From assembly GCA_019057475.1 (NCBI GenBank), contig DXJO01000047.1, positions 1 to 21,954 of the forward strand: 21,954 nt of DNA. The letters are read 5' to 3'. The stretch is from Candidatus Thorarchaeota archaeon (GTDB lineage: Archaea; Asgardarchaeota; Thorarchaeia; Thorarchaeales; Thorarchaeaceae). Positions within the stretch are counted from its first letter, which is position 1. Each line of letters begins with the position of its first letter. Made by a program: the position numbers and the translations under genes. The notes beneath the pieces were generated by a model. The model searched no databases. It saw nothing but the letters and a program-made list of their open reading frames with translations, and was not told where the DNA came from. Positions 7,646 through 16,569 of this stretch are shown here, one piece after another.

Positions 7646-8242
7646 ATGCCAGAACCTGTTGTATTTCACATTCAAAAGGGCCGTCTTGTCAAGATGCACG
7701 ATCCTGGTGCTTTTGGACGAGGCGACTGCTATCTTGTTGATGCGGGTCCAAAGATTTACCTCTGGATTGGACCAAAGTCAACTGCTGATGAAAAATTCCT
7801 AACGGCCGCATCTGCGGTTATGAAAGACACTGCACGCAAAGGTCACGCAGACATAGATCGTATTGAAGGCGGTAACGAGCCAGAGTCATTCAAGAGTCTC
7901 TTCGATGACTTCCGCCTGACCGATGAGGACACTGCAGGCATTCTCAGGAAGGTCCAGATGGAAACCCATGAACACAAATTATGGCGTGTTCACCGAGAAG
8001 GCGACGAAACATACTTTGCAGAAGTATCTAGAGAGAAGCCGTCTTTGAGAAGTGATGATGTTTTCATTTTGGACGCTTGGGATACATTCTTTGTTTGGCG
8101 CGGAAAGGAAGCCAGTTCAAGGGAGAAGTTCGATGCTACTATACTTGCGCGACGCTACGATGCAGAACGTGTAGGCGTGCAAGAGATTGAACTAATCGAG
8201 GAAGGAAGCGAACCAGATGAATTCTTGAAGTTGTTGGACTGA
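7646..8242 (+). CDS. Two-domain gelsolin-family actin regulator (Asgard 2DGel-like), 198 aa
   Basis: Two gelsolin repeats: GDCYLVD...IYLWIG..S..DEK...EGGNEPESF and SDDVFILD...FFVWRG...REK...EEGSEPDEF. Linker ILRKV. CTTAAG 24 nt before the ATG at 7646. Confidence 0.9.
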   Translation: MPEPVVFHIQKGRLVKMHDPGAFGRGDCYLVDAGPKIYLWIGPKSTADEKFLTAASAVMKDTARKGHADIDRIEGGNEPESFKSLFDDFRLTDEDTAGILRKVQMETHEHKLWRVHREGDETYFAEVSREKPSLRSDDVFILDAWDTFFVWRGKEASSREKFDATILARRYDAERVGVQEIELIEEGSEPDEFLKLLD

Positions 8243-8248
8243 GAGATA

Positions 8249-9688
8249 CTACACAAGCCTGTAGTGCTCCGGACGCGGCTCATACAGAACACCAGCATTC
8301 TTCATTTGTTCCAGCTCTTTAACTGCAATGTGATGTTCTAGGCCAGCTTCTGCTGCAATCTCGTCAAGAGAGGGCCCAAGCGAGCTTGGCATTCCAGTAT
8401 CAAGCTTCTTGAGCGCCTTCAGTATCTTCGTATTGAAGCGATGTAACGGTCGATCCTTCCCCCAGTCGCGTTCCGCCTCAGTCTTCAGCTGAGTGAGTTC
8501 GAGGTATTCTTTGAGCGCGGGCTCAAGTACTCGGTCCCACGACCGCTTCAAATCGCTTGCAGTCACTTTGTCTTTCCAAGATGCTCTAGCTGATGAACGC
8601 GCCAACCGGACCGTGCTTAGGGGCCTACCTAACGAGTCAGCATCGAGAATACTTCCTCGTGACATTGCTGCATCTTCAAGGCCAAAGCTCTCCTTGAGGA
8701 CCTCCAATCTAGAGAGCACGTGCTTTGTGCTAGCCTCAATTGAGCGCTTAGCCACTTTTGGAGTCAATAACTGATAGGTGACTGCTGCTTTGATTATTGG
8801 TAGTCTTAGGCTCGAGGCTGCTTTCCGTTCAACCCAGAAATCCTCTGATGTGAGTGCCAAGGGCACGTCCGGAAGAAAGCCTGTTTCGCTATCAGTAAGA
8901 GCACTCAGAGATACCTCTCTGAAGCCAGATGGATCGATTCTCTTGACGCAGAGCGTTTCCATTCTGGATTTGTTCGGAGACCCCACATCCATTCGCCAAA
9001 GCCTTGGAGTCACCACACTGACCCCCCTCACGCTTCTATGTTTTGCAGCCTTACCACGAAATGTTGGTGGAAGCACATCACGTATGAAGCCAAGCAGTTG
9101 TCTGACCTGCCTTTGCGAAGCTATCGCCTGAATCCCTGCAGTGAGTCCACCGATGCTCTCCTCGAAGGGCGGACTCGATATGAACAGTTGAGCAAAGACT
9201 CGTTTGCTGGCTTCAGCCATTCCGACCTGCTCAAAGAGCATACCCGATAGCTCCTTGAGAGATATTGGATGTTTGATCTCCGATAGGAACTTTTCAGGCA
9301 GCTTTTGCACCGCATCAGCAGTGATTGCTCTGACAATCTCTTGCGAGCGCTCTAGTATGCGAGGAACGGCAACGCTTCTGCCAGTGACTTCGATGAACGC
9401 TCCATCGAGCGGCAGGTCTTGGTCCCGACGAAAGTAGACAAACATCCCCTCCAAGAGCCACGGACTGGGAGTGAGAAGAATGAGCGAGCTATCCCTTGTG
9501 TGGTGAACAAATCCACGAACTTTCAATGTCCGTCCGCTTAGGCGCTCTTGGAATCCTCTGTGAAGCTCAAGCTCCCATGCGGCAAGCTCTGATCCGAACT
9601 GCCTATCGAATACATCCGTCGTCGCGACTGCGTCACCCAGCCTATCGCCGCGGAATCCATGGCGTTGGTAGAGATCTTCTGGTTCCAT
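8249..9688 (-). CDS. Degenerate MCM-like protein (OB-like N-terminus, no visible Walker motifs, MCM lid, C-terminal winged helix)
   Basis: RPLSTVRLARSSARASWKDKVTASDL resembles the MCM lid (RxLESLIRLxEAxARxxxxxxVxxxDV). LEQMKNAGVLYEPRPEHYRLV resembles the archaeal MCM C-terminus. No GDPGxxKS or IDEFDKM. Confidence 0.6.
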   Translation of the reverse strand: MEPEDLYQRHGFRGDRLGDAVATTDVFDRQFGSELAAWELELHRGFQERLSGRTLKVRGFVHHTRDSSLILLTPSPWLLEGMFVYFRRDQDLPLDGAFIEVTGRSVAVPRILERSQEIVRAITADAVQKLPEKFLSEIKHPISLKELSGMLFEQVGMAEASKRVFAQLFISSPPFEESIGGLTAGIQAIASQRQVRQLLGFIRDVLPPTFRGKAAKHRSVRGVSVVTPRLWRMDVGSPNKSRMETLCVKRIDPSGFREVSLSALTDSETGFLPDVPLALTSEDFWVERKAASSLRLPIIKAAVTYQLLTPKVAKRSIEASTKHVLSRLEVLKESFGLEDAAMSRGSILDADSLGRPLSTVRLARSSARASWKDKVTASDLKRSWDRVLEPALKEYLELTQLKTEAERDWGKDRPLHRFNTKILKALKKLDTGMPSSLGPSLDEIAAEAGLEHHIAVKELEQMKNAGVLYEPRPEHYRLV

Positions 9689-9703
9689 CTCTCATCAATC
9701 CAG

Positions 9704-10678
9704 TCATCCCTTGCCGGCTTTTCCGGCTTTCAGATATTCCCGGTATGCACGGGGGTAGAGATTCCCTAATTCCTCTGTCGATGGCAGCCGTTTCGCGTAT
9801 GGTCTGTACATCTGTCCGGGCTCTATTTTCCCCGTTTCACTATCGATTATTGGTTTCAACTGCTGGTTGACCTCGAACCCAACGAAGTGTCGCCAGTTCC
9901 CCTTGGCTGCTACTGCGGTGGTTCCGTTACCCATGAAGGGGTCTAGAACGACATCACCTGGACGGGACGAGAAATCGATGCATCTGCTTACAACTTCCAG
10001 AGGAAGCTTTGTGCTATTCTTATCTTGGCCAGCCCGGTACTGACGCTTGATTCTCCATACGTCTTCAGGATAATGTTCAAACTTGTTGAAGAAGTACTCA
10101 CGGGGGTCCTTGGCGAACAGTAACACGTGGTAGTGACTGGTGACGAACCGCTTCTTTGTGAAGACTCCAAACGGATAGTGCCAGATGATGTGGTTAAGTA
10201 GAACTAATCCAGCCTCTCTGGCGCCTCTTAGTACGAACTCCAGGTTGTTCCAGCCACTGAAGATGTACGCTGAAGCATGTTGCTTCATGACTCGCGGTAA
10301 CTCACTGATCCAACCAACCGTGAAGTCTTCATAACTTCCCTGCGCTTCCTTATAGCCCTCAATGACAAAGGATTCATCACGATTGTAGGCACCGCTCTTG
10401 CCATTGAAGTCTATTCCAAAGGGAGGGTCAGCAATGACCAGGTCGATTGAACCTTCAGGAAGTTGCTGCATTCCTTTGACACACTCTTCGAATAGTACAG
10501 TATCGAGAGCTATCCCTCCCATCAAGTGAGCCTTCTTCTCGAATATCTTGCGGGCCTCACCTGCAGTCCAGTCATGGTCAGGCCTGAAGTAGAACTCGGC
10601 CAGATGAGGAATATACCTCCTTGAGCGACGCTTGGTTCCACCCTTCTTATCAGATGCATCGTCAGAGTCTGTTGTCAT
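9704..10678 (-). CDS. Beta-class amino (N6-A/N4-C) DNA methyltransferase, apparently orphan
   Basis: Catalytic DLVIADPPF precedes SAM-binding VLDPFMGNGTT. No restriction endonuclease adjacent. Confidence 0.92.
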   Translation of the reverse strand: MTTDSDDASDKKGGTKRRSRRYIPHLAEFYFRPDHDWTAGEARKIFEKKAHLMGGIALDTVLFEECVKGMQQLPEGSIDLVIADPPFGIDFNGKSGAYNRDESFVIEGYKEAQGSYEDFTVGWISELPRVMKQHASAYIFSGWNNLEFVLRGAREAGLVLLNHIIWHYPFGVFTKKRFVTSHYHVLLFAKDPREYFFNKFEHYPEDVWRIKRQYRAGQDKNSTKLPLEVVSRCIDFSSRPGDVVLDPFMGNGTTAVAAKGNWRHFVGFEVNQQLKPIIDSETGKIEPGQMYRPYAKRLPSTEELGNLYPRAYREYLKAGKAGKG

Positions 10679-10758
10679 ACATCAAGTCATCCATACTTGG
10701 CGCTTCATCCACTTAAGCGATATGGAGGAGGTCGGAAGACCAATAGGTGGAAATCCGT

Positions 10759-11859
10759 CTACAGCAGGTCTGAGGGGTCAACGCCTCGGGAGATTGCCTT
10801 CTGCGTCATCCAGTCCATGAATGATTCGACCGGTTTCTTCATCTCCTTGGCTTTCAGCGACTTCAGTTCCAATGCGCCTTCGGGACAAGTTATGACGCAG
10901 ACTCCACATCCTACACAGAGATTGGAATTGACAACACTGATGTCTTCGGGGATGCTCAGCGCATCAAACTGGCATCGTTCAATGCAAGTGCCGCATCCGC
11001 TGCATAGCTCAGCATCCACATTGACAATGAAGTTTGCTTTCACAAAGGCGTGAGGTGTTCCGGATAGTGAAACTCCTCTGAGCACATTGCAGCAACAAGT
11101 ACAACAATTGCAAATGTAGTTGTTACCGCTTTGGATGTTCATAGTGCAATGAACCAGGCCAGCTTCCTCAGCCTGATGTAGTATCTTCAGAGACTCCTCC
11201 ATCGTTATGGACTGAGTCAACTCGTCTTCGTCAAAGGCATTTTCTTTCTTGGGAGCAAGGATTAAGCAAACTGATTTTGGGTACTTGCAGGGGTTGTCCA
11301 ACAACTCCTGTTGTTTCTTGCAGATGCACTCGCGGAGACCCCAAGACTTGGAGTTCCTGATAATCTCCTCAGCCACGTCGTAAGGATGGATTTCAAGCTC
11401 AGTCTTAACCGCCTTATTGATTGGTATCACTCTGAATACGGCAGGTTCAGTGCTGAAGAGCTCGCCCCCGCGCCCCTTCACGAAGTAGTCTTCGGCGAGC
11501 TGGGCAAACTCCTTATCCATGCGACCTAATTGTTCCTCATAAATTCCGACTGCAAACGGGATCAGCGCATATCTTCGGCCCGTACTCGAGTTCCATGCGC
11601 GAATCTGTCCCTTCTCGTGCATCGTTTCAAGCATGCTCTCCATTCCTTCGATATGTAGCTCAAGCCGATCCGCCATCTCTTCTACTGTTTCCCCTCGCAG
11701 CTTCATCCGACTAGCAAGGTCTGCCTCCTCTGGTGTGAATATCCATCGAAGGACCTTGAGATGGGTTCCATCCTCCACGCTTGCATAGCTATTCGGGACC
11801 TTGTTGAGAACCTCAGCAAGTCGTTCGTAAGCGTCATCAATGTCTTCAGTCGTCGTCAC
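10759..11859 (-). CDS. 4Fe-4S dicluster protein with N-terminal HTH-like region
   Basis: CSGCGTCIERC and CVGCGVCVITCP, plus CICK and ICNCCTCCC. GGAGG SD precedes GTG 11859. Confidence 0.88.
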   Translation of the reverse strand: MTTTEDIDDAYERLAEVLNKVPNSYASVEDGTHLKVLRWIFTPEEADLASRMKLRGETVEEMADRLELHIEGMESMLETMHEKGQIRAWNSSTGRRYALIPFAVGIYEEQLGRMDKEFAQLAEDYFVKGRGGELFSTEPAVFRVIPINKAVKTELEIHPYDVAEEIIRNSKSWGLRECICKKQQELLDNPCKYPKSVCLILAPKKENAFDEDELTQSITMEESLKILHQAEEAGLVHCTMNIQSGNNYICNCCTCCCNVLRGVSLSGTPHAFVKANFIVNVDAELCSGCGTCIERCQFDALSIPEDISVVNSNLCVGCGVCVITCPEGALELKSLKAKEMKKPVESFMDWMTQKAISRGVDPSDLL

Positions 11860-12040
11860 TGGAGCCTCCTGTATTCCATAGGGCCTTAAGCACCAGTGAA
11901 GACGCACACCGGGCATAAAGTGTTACGTTCCGACGTAGACCAAGTCCCCTTGTGGTCAACGCGCAGTCAATTCCATAGTACGCTTGATTGTAGGAGCTTT
12001 TTTAATGACTCACACAGACCTAGGCTTGGGTGACCATACG

Positions 12041-12274
12041 ATGGCAGGGGTCAAGAAAGCAGCGGGACTCTACTTCGAATCAATTGACCAAGATGAGGCT
12101 GAGAATGAGTTTCTCAAGGCGCTGGAAATCGAAGATCTTCCTAACTATACTGCTGCATGGGTGGAAGATCGGGTTCTGATTCTCTATATGAAAAAATGGT
12201 TCGGACTCAAGTTCCCCAGCCAGGACAAGGCAGAGGAAGTCTTCAGACAGGTGGTCAGCGAGGGGCGCAGCTGA
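12041..12274 (+). CDS. Small hypothetical protein, 77 aa
   Basis: GGTGA SD before ATG 12041, TTTTTAAT upstream, and the ORF fills the intergenic gap. Confidence 0.65.
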   Translation: MAGVKKAAGLYFESIDQDEAENEFLKALEIEDLPNYTAAWVEDRVLILYMKKWFGLKFPSQDKAEEVFRQVVSEGRS

Positions 12275-12299
12275 AGAAAGGATTGACTCCTTGAGAGTC

Positions 12300-13439
12300 C
12301 TATAATGTCGCTTCGTACTCGATAAGCCCGATGATTGGAACAAATCCTAGCGATTGGTAGAGTTCTAGACCGCCGCGATTGGTTTCCGGTGTACCAACCC
12401 ATGAATACTGACAACCATGTTCCAGGAACAGCTGGTTAATCTGATTGACCAAAAGGGAGGCGACACCGATCCTCCGGAAATTCGGGGATACGCCAAGTTC
12501 TCCTATTATGCCAAAAGGCGGTCGATACTTGAATTCAGGTATCCATCCTATCAGCAGACCTGCTGGTTCTCCGTCTACTACAGCAATCCTCCAGAAGTTC
12601 GCAGGAGAGTGGCCGAACTTCCCGTTTTTGATTGCTTGTTGAATCTGAAGACTTTGATCATAATCTGTGACTGTAGAGTAGAAACCATGAACAGCCCTAT
12701 CCTCGGGGGTAGACGCAAAAGCTGTTACTATGAGCTCACTGAGTTCTTCCAATGTGAAGTCATCAAGTGTCTTGACTACTATGACCTCAGGTGTGGGCTG
12801 CGGTATCGACAAACCCAGGTCTAGCAGCAGCATCACACTCATGGGTCCACTCTTCTTGAACCCAAAGCTATCGTACAGTTGGGCGTGCCATGCTATGAGC
12901 TCTGGACGGTCAAGCGGATATCTCAGCCTGCATCTTACCCTCTCGACCCCTCTGTCCTTCAGAAACGAAAAGCCGAATCTCATGAGTGCATCTGCAACAC
13001 CGCTGCCCCGCTCGAAGAGAGGCACTCCTGGTTCCCATCTCCTGATCCAGCCCGTTTTGTCATCTGACGTGATGCCCAAGACTCCCACGATTTCGTCATC
13101 ATCATCCAGCCGTGCAACTAGGAAGGTGTTCTCAGGTTTGTCGAACTCTTCCTGTATCTCTTCTAGTTCTTCATCCGAGTGATAGTCAAACGGACCACGG
13201 TCCTCAATCCAGTGGACATGACTCATGCACGCCAACCAAGCTTCCTCATAGTCTTCGAAGGACTCTGCGGGCTCCACGAGAATCTCTATTTCACCCATAT
13301 CGTTCCTACTTGGCAAGGCGGATGTATAAACAGTTGCCTTCTTACCGTTCATTGTCACCTGGACAAACTTTGACAGGGAGTCTTTGTCCTCCCAAGAGCG
13401 GCACTGGGAACGTACTCCTTGAGGTAATTCCCCTGTCAT
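12300..13439 (-). CDS. Tandem two-domain GNAT acetyltransferase
   Basis: Two acetyl-CoA motif A copies (ERGSGVA and FRRIGVA) and LYxSxGF motifs. TATA CTTATATAC upstream. Confidence 0.85.
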   Translation of the reverse strand: MTGELPQGVRSQCRSWEDKDSLSKFVQVTMNGKKATVYTSALPSRNDMGEIEILVEPAESFEDYEEAWLACMSHVHWIEDRGPFDYHSDEELEEIQEEFDKPENTFLVARLDDDDEIVGVLGITSDDKTGWIRRWEPGVPLFERGSGVADALMRFGFSFLKDRGVERVRCRLRYPLDRPELIAWHAQLYDSFGFKKSGPMSVMLLLDLGLSIPQPTPEVIVVKTLDDFTLEELSELIVTAFASTPEDRAVHGFYSTVTDYDQSLQIQQAIKNGKFGHSPANFWRIAVVDGEPAGLLIGWIPEFKYRPPFGIIGELGVSPNFRRIGVASLLVNQINQLFLEHGCQYSWVGTPETNRGGLELYQSLGFVPIIGLIEYEATL

Positions 13440-13659
13440 ATAACCTCAAGAACTAGTTTCACGACTTGAGTATATAAGACCATATTCAAAAATGTCCAGT
13501 ATTGTCCAAGTTTGGGGCAGCTGTCTGCAATCCTAGGTCCAACATATACCTAGCGCATTTTTGCCAGAAGACATAATCTTGAAATGCTGAAGCTAGTAAT
13601 TCAAGGGCTGAGCATTAAATCAGTCAAAACAAGGCTCAAGCCACCGTGACGGAGCGTCG

Positions 13660-14235
13660 TCAAGAGCCCATAATTCGCTCATGTATATAAGAGTAGGCGC
13701 CGCCTTTTTCCTCGTCAAGATGGGAATCCAAGACCTCTTTGATTTTGACGAATCCATTTTTCTCATAGAAACGATGGTTACGTGTAGCCCACTCAGGAGT
13801 GCCAAGCTCCCATCGTTTTCCAGGGAATGCTGAGAATATGTACTGCATCGCCTGGGAACCAATGCCATGATTCTGCCAGTCAGGATCCACAAAGATAGTT
13901 CCCAGGACATTGTTGCCAGGGTTCCCCACATCACTACCGAGAAACACAATGAAGGCACCCACCGGCTCTTCTCTCTCGTCAGTGGTAACTAGGATTTTGT
14001 AGAGATGACCAGGTGGATACTGACCATCGCCTTTGATTCCCCATGTCATCAAGAAACTGCCATCATCATAGCCCGGTGGACCGGCGCCATCTGGATTGCC
14101 CTTGAATCGAATGGCATCATCATCAAAGGCCTTCTTCATTGCTTTCGTAAGTTCTTGGATATCTTCCTCTGCAGCTTTAGCCACGCGCACTGTGAATGGC
14201 TTATCCTCGTCATGTTTTTCGTTCATGAATTTCAA
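13660..14235 (-). CDS. GNAT acetyltransferase
   Basis: Motifs FVDPDWQNHGIG and NHRFYEKNGF. Confidence 0.88.
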   Translation of the reverse strand: MKFMNEKHDEDKPFTVRVAKAAEEDIQELTKAMKKAFDDDAIRFKGNPDGAGPPGYDDGSFLMTWGIKGDGQYPPGHLYKILVTTDEREEPVGAFIVFLGSDVGNPGNNVLGTIFVDPDWQNHGIGSQAMQYIFSAFPGKRWELGTPEWATRNHRFYEKNGFVKIKEVLDSHLDEEKGGAYSYIHERIMGS

Positions 14236-14505
14236 TCACTCCATAAGGGGTATTCAGATAGAGAGAACTGGAACAACGCTTATTATTCCGCGGTAGCCAG
14301 TTGTTTCGTTATCCGGCTGAATCTGCACATAAACTGACTTATCCCTAACGGTTTGGTTAGGGAAAGTACGCTGCATTCCTAATCATATCCATTGGTCAGT
14401 ACAAGGAGCTATCAAGATGCCGCCTGAGAGTAGCCAATACGGCAGGATACTTGACTGCGTTCGTTGCATGACGCTGACATCACTGGAACGTAGAAACCAA
14501 GAAAT

Positions 14506-14601
14506 GAGATTCTAAGGGAGGGCCTTACAGCCCATCTTCAGAAACTAGTTGCGCTTAGATGCATCTGAAGTTGACCTCCGCTCTTGTTTCATTGGACTCC
14601 T
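14506..14601 (-). pseudogene. Decayed duplicate of the actin 3' end (last 15 codons) and its terminator hairpin
   Basis: Aligns with 16524-16616 (offset 2015 in the coding part). Reads ESNETRAEVNFRCI* versus actin [14 protein letters not shown]. 53 of 62 columns are identical across 14506-14567. Confidence 0.85.
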
Positions 14602-14711
14602 AAAATGATGGTCATGTGTGGCATCTACCAATGAACCCATGCACGACAAATGTAAAACAGCTAGGAAACTTAATAGTAATAGGCGTGCTGTTAAGTACGG
14701 GCGGGTAAACC

Positions 14712-15896
14712 TTGAGAATCTGTAGCAAGTGTGGCAGAAGCAATAGTGTGACAAGAAAGTATTGCGTGCGTTGCGGAGCTTCTCTTATTCAACCGATTAA
14801 AAAGGAAGAGCCGAAGGAGATAGCGCGCATTCCCGAGTCAGGGCAAGCTACAACCAGAGAAACAATGCCGAATGCTGGAACGCACAAGGAACCCCCAACT
14901 CCTAAGCCAGAGGAAATCGTCACAGGTAGCAAACTGGTTAAACCGAGCACGATTCAACACAACAGGATGAGGACGGCTGAACGTCATGTGAGGAAGACTG
15001 AGCTCGAGAAGGCAAAGGAGGCGTTTCATCGAGCGGATCAAGCAGGCATAGAGGAGGGCGATGGGGGAATCATTGAACCTAGAATGCTTAGGGCTAGCGA
15101 GGTGCGTGAGCTCATGGCTAGCATGGCGAATTTGCAAGATGAAACCATGACTCAAGAGCCTGAGTTGACGATCCAACCAGAATCGCCCCCTCAGAGAGCA
15201 TCAGAAACCGGATTCTCGCCTATTGTCACTCCCCAGCCCATTGAAGGGGATATAACGAGCACCGAGCATATACTTGTAGATCAGCCAGCACCCGTTTCGA
15301 AACTCCCCCCCAAAGCTGAGTCCAGAATGGAACCGCTGAGAGGTGAAGCCAAAATCTCACCGAAGCCCCCTCCCCGAGCTATGCCAGCCCTGCAAGCCAA
15401 GGTACCTATTGCGGAAGTTGCATCACCGTCAGTTGCTCCGGAACCAGTCATCGAAGCTGCAGTCAATGTGCAGACCCAAGAAGTAGGGAACAGAACTGGG
15501 TCACCAATGACAAGAATACACGACCCGGAGTATCTCAATGATGCCAAACTAGGGCCAATGCTGCTTGATCATAAGATTATCCAGAACAAACTGAAGCAAA
15601 TCGAGTCCGAGCTTGATGGTGTCCGCTTGCAGCAAGATGCGGAGGTCCAAAAGTATCACAATGCGGCTGAAACTAAGAGGATACATTATGAGAGTTTGAA
15701 AGAGCAACTCGGTCATGCAAAGCAGGAACTGGTAGATGCAGGCAAGGAATACTACAAGTCCGAGAATCGCAGGAAGAAGGAAGTTGGCGGTAGGGAGAAG
15801 GAACTCAAGAAGCTTCACAAGAGCATCAGCAAGTCAGAGGCCGCGATAGACAAACGTGTCCGTGAGCTAGACAGCCAGAAAGAGAAATCCGCTTGA
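14712..15896 (+). CDS. Zinc-ribbon protein with Pro-rich low-complexity middle and C-terminal coiled coil
   Basis: CSKC...CVRC at the N-terminus, a P/E/S-rich linker and a charged heptad C-terminus. TTG start. Confidence 0.8.
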   Translation: MRICSKCGRSNSVTRKYCVRCGASLIQPIKKEEPKEIARIPESGQATTRETMPNAGTHKEPPTPKPEEIVTGSKLVKPSTIQHNRMRTAERHVRKTELEKAKEAFHRADQAGIEEGDGGIIEPRMLRASEVRELMASMANLQDETMTQEPELTIQPESPPQRASETGFSPIVTPQPIEGDITSTEHILVDQPAPVSKLPPKAESRMEPLRGEAKISPKPPPRAMPALQAKVPIAEVASPSVAPEPVIEAAVNVQTQEVGNRTGSPMTRIHDPEYLNDAKLGPMLLDHKIIQNKLKQIESELDGVRLQQDAEVQKYHNAAETKRIHYESLKEQLGHAKQELVDAGKEYYKSENRRKKEVGGREKELKKLHKSISKSEAAIDKRVRELDSQKEKSA

Positions 15897-15977
15897 TGCG
15901 AGAAGAATGAGCATCTCCCAGCAGAAAAGCAGGAAAAGAAAGAGAATTTGAAGGTGGACTTAGAACAATATCTGATT

Positions 15978-16460
15978 CTAGATACAATCGAACTCAAGAC
16001 GGAGCATCAAGTCGTTGAAGCCCTTTTTCCGCCAGAATTCAATTGATTCCGGATTCCTCAAAGCCACTGTCACGTGAGCCTTGTGGACTTCCTGCTGTTT
16101 CAACCAGTCGAGAGCCATATGCCATAAGCGGGTCCCAATACCATGACGACGTACACTCGGCTTCACGAAAAGGCCATCAATGAAACCCATTCGGCGAGGA
16201 ACATGAATTGGTGGCCGCTCATGAACCTGCGCACTGATGAATCCAACGATGTCATCACTTGACTGAGCGACACCAACGTAGGAGTTCTCTGACTGAAGCT
16301 GTTTTGCATAGTACTCCTTTGTCGGTTGAGTGACATCCGGAGCATACTGGAAACGCGGCTCAAGCCTAGCATGAAAGCGAGCGGACTCAATCCATAACTC
16401 TACAATGGACTCGAGATCATCAATACTTCCAGATCTGAAGCTGAAACTGTTTCCTGTCAT
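15978..16460 (-). CDS. GNAT acetyltransferase
   Basis: Motifs FVKPSVRRHGIG and NPESIEFWRKKGF. Start is ATG 16460 or GTG 16469. Confidence 0.88.
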   Translation of the reverse strand: MTGNSFSFRSGSIDDLESIVELWIESARFHARLEPRFQYAPDVTQPTKEYYAKQLQSENSYVGVAQSSDDIVGFISAQVHERPPIHVPRRMGFIDGLFVKPSVRRHGIGTRLWHMALDWLKQQEVHKAHVTVALRNPESIEFWRKKGFNDLMLRLEFDCI

Positions 16461-16513
16461 AATGACCACAACAGGAGGGCTCAGAACACTCCTATATTCT
16501 TTGGTTATAGGTC

Positions 16514-16555
16514 AGAAAAAGAAGAGATTCGAAGGGGGCTTTGCAGCCCACCTTC
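16514..16555 (-). terminator. Hairpin with GNRA loop plus U-rich tract after actin
   Basis: GAAGG-T-GGGCT[GCAA]AGCCC-CCTTC followed by TCTCTTCTTTTTCT, 14 nt after the actin stop. Confidence 0.7.
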
Positions 16556-16569
16556 AGAAACTAATTGCA

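Noticed and set aside
8249-10678. Type II restriction-modification pair or BREX system
   Set aside because: No PD-(D/E)xK or HNH motif was seen in the partner gene, and no PglZ, BrxC or Lon domain is present.
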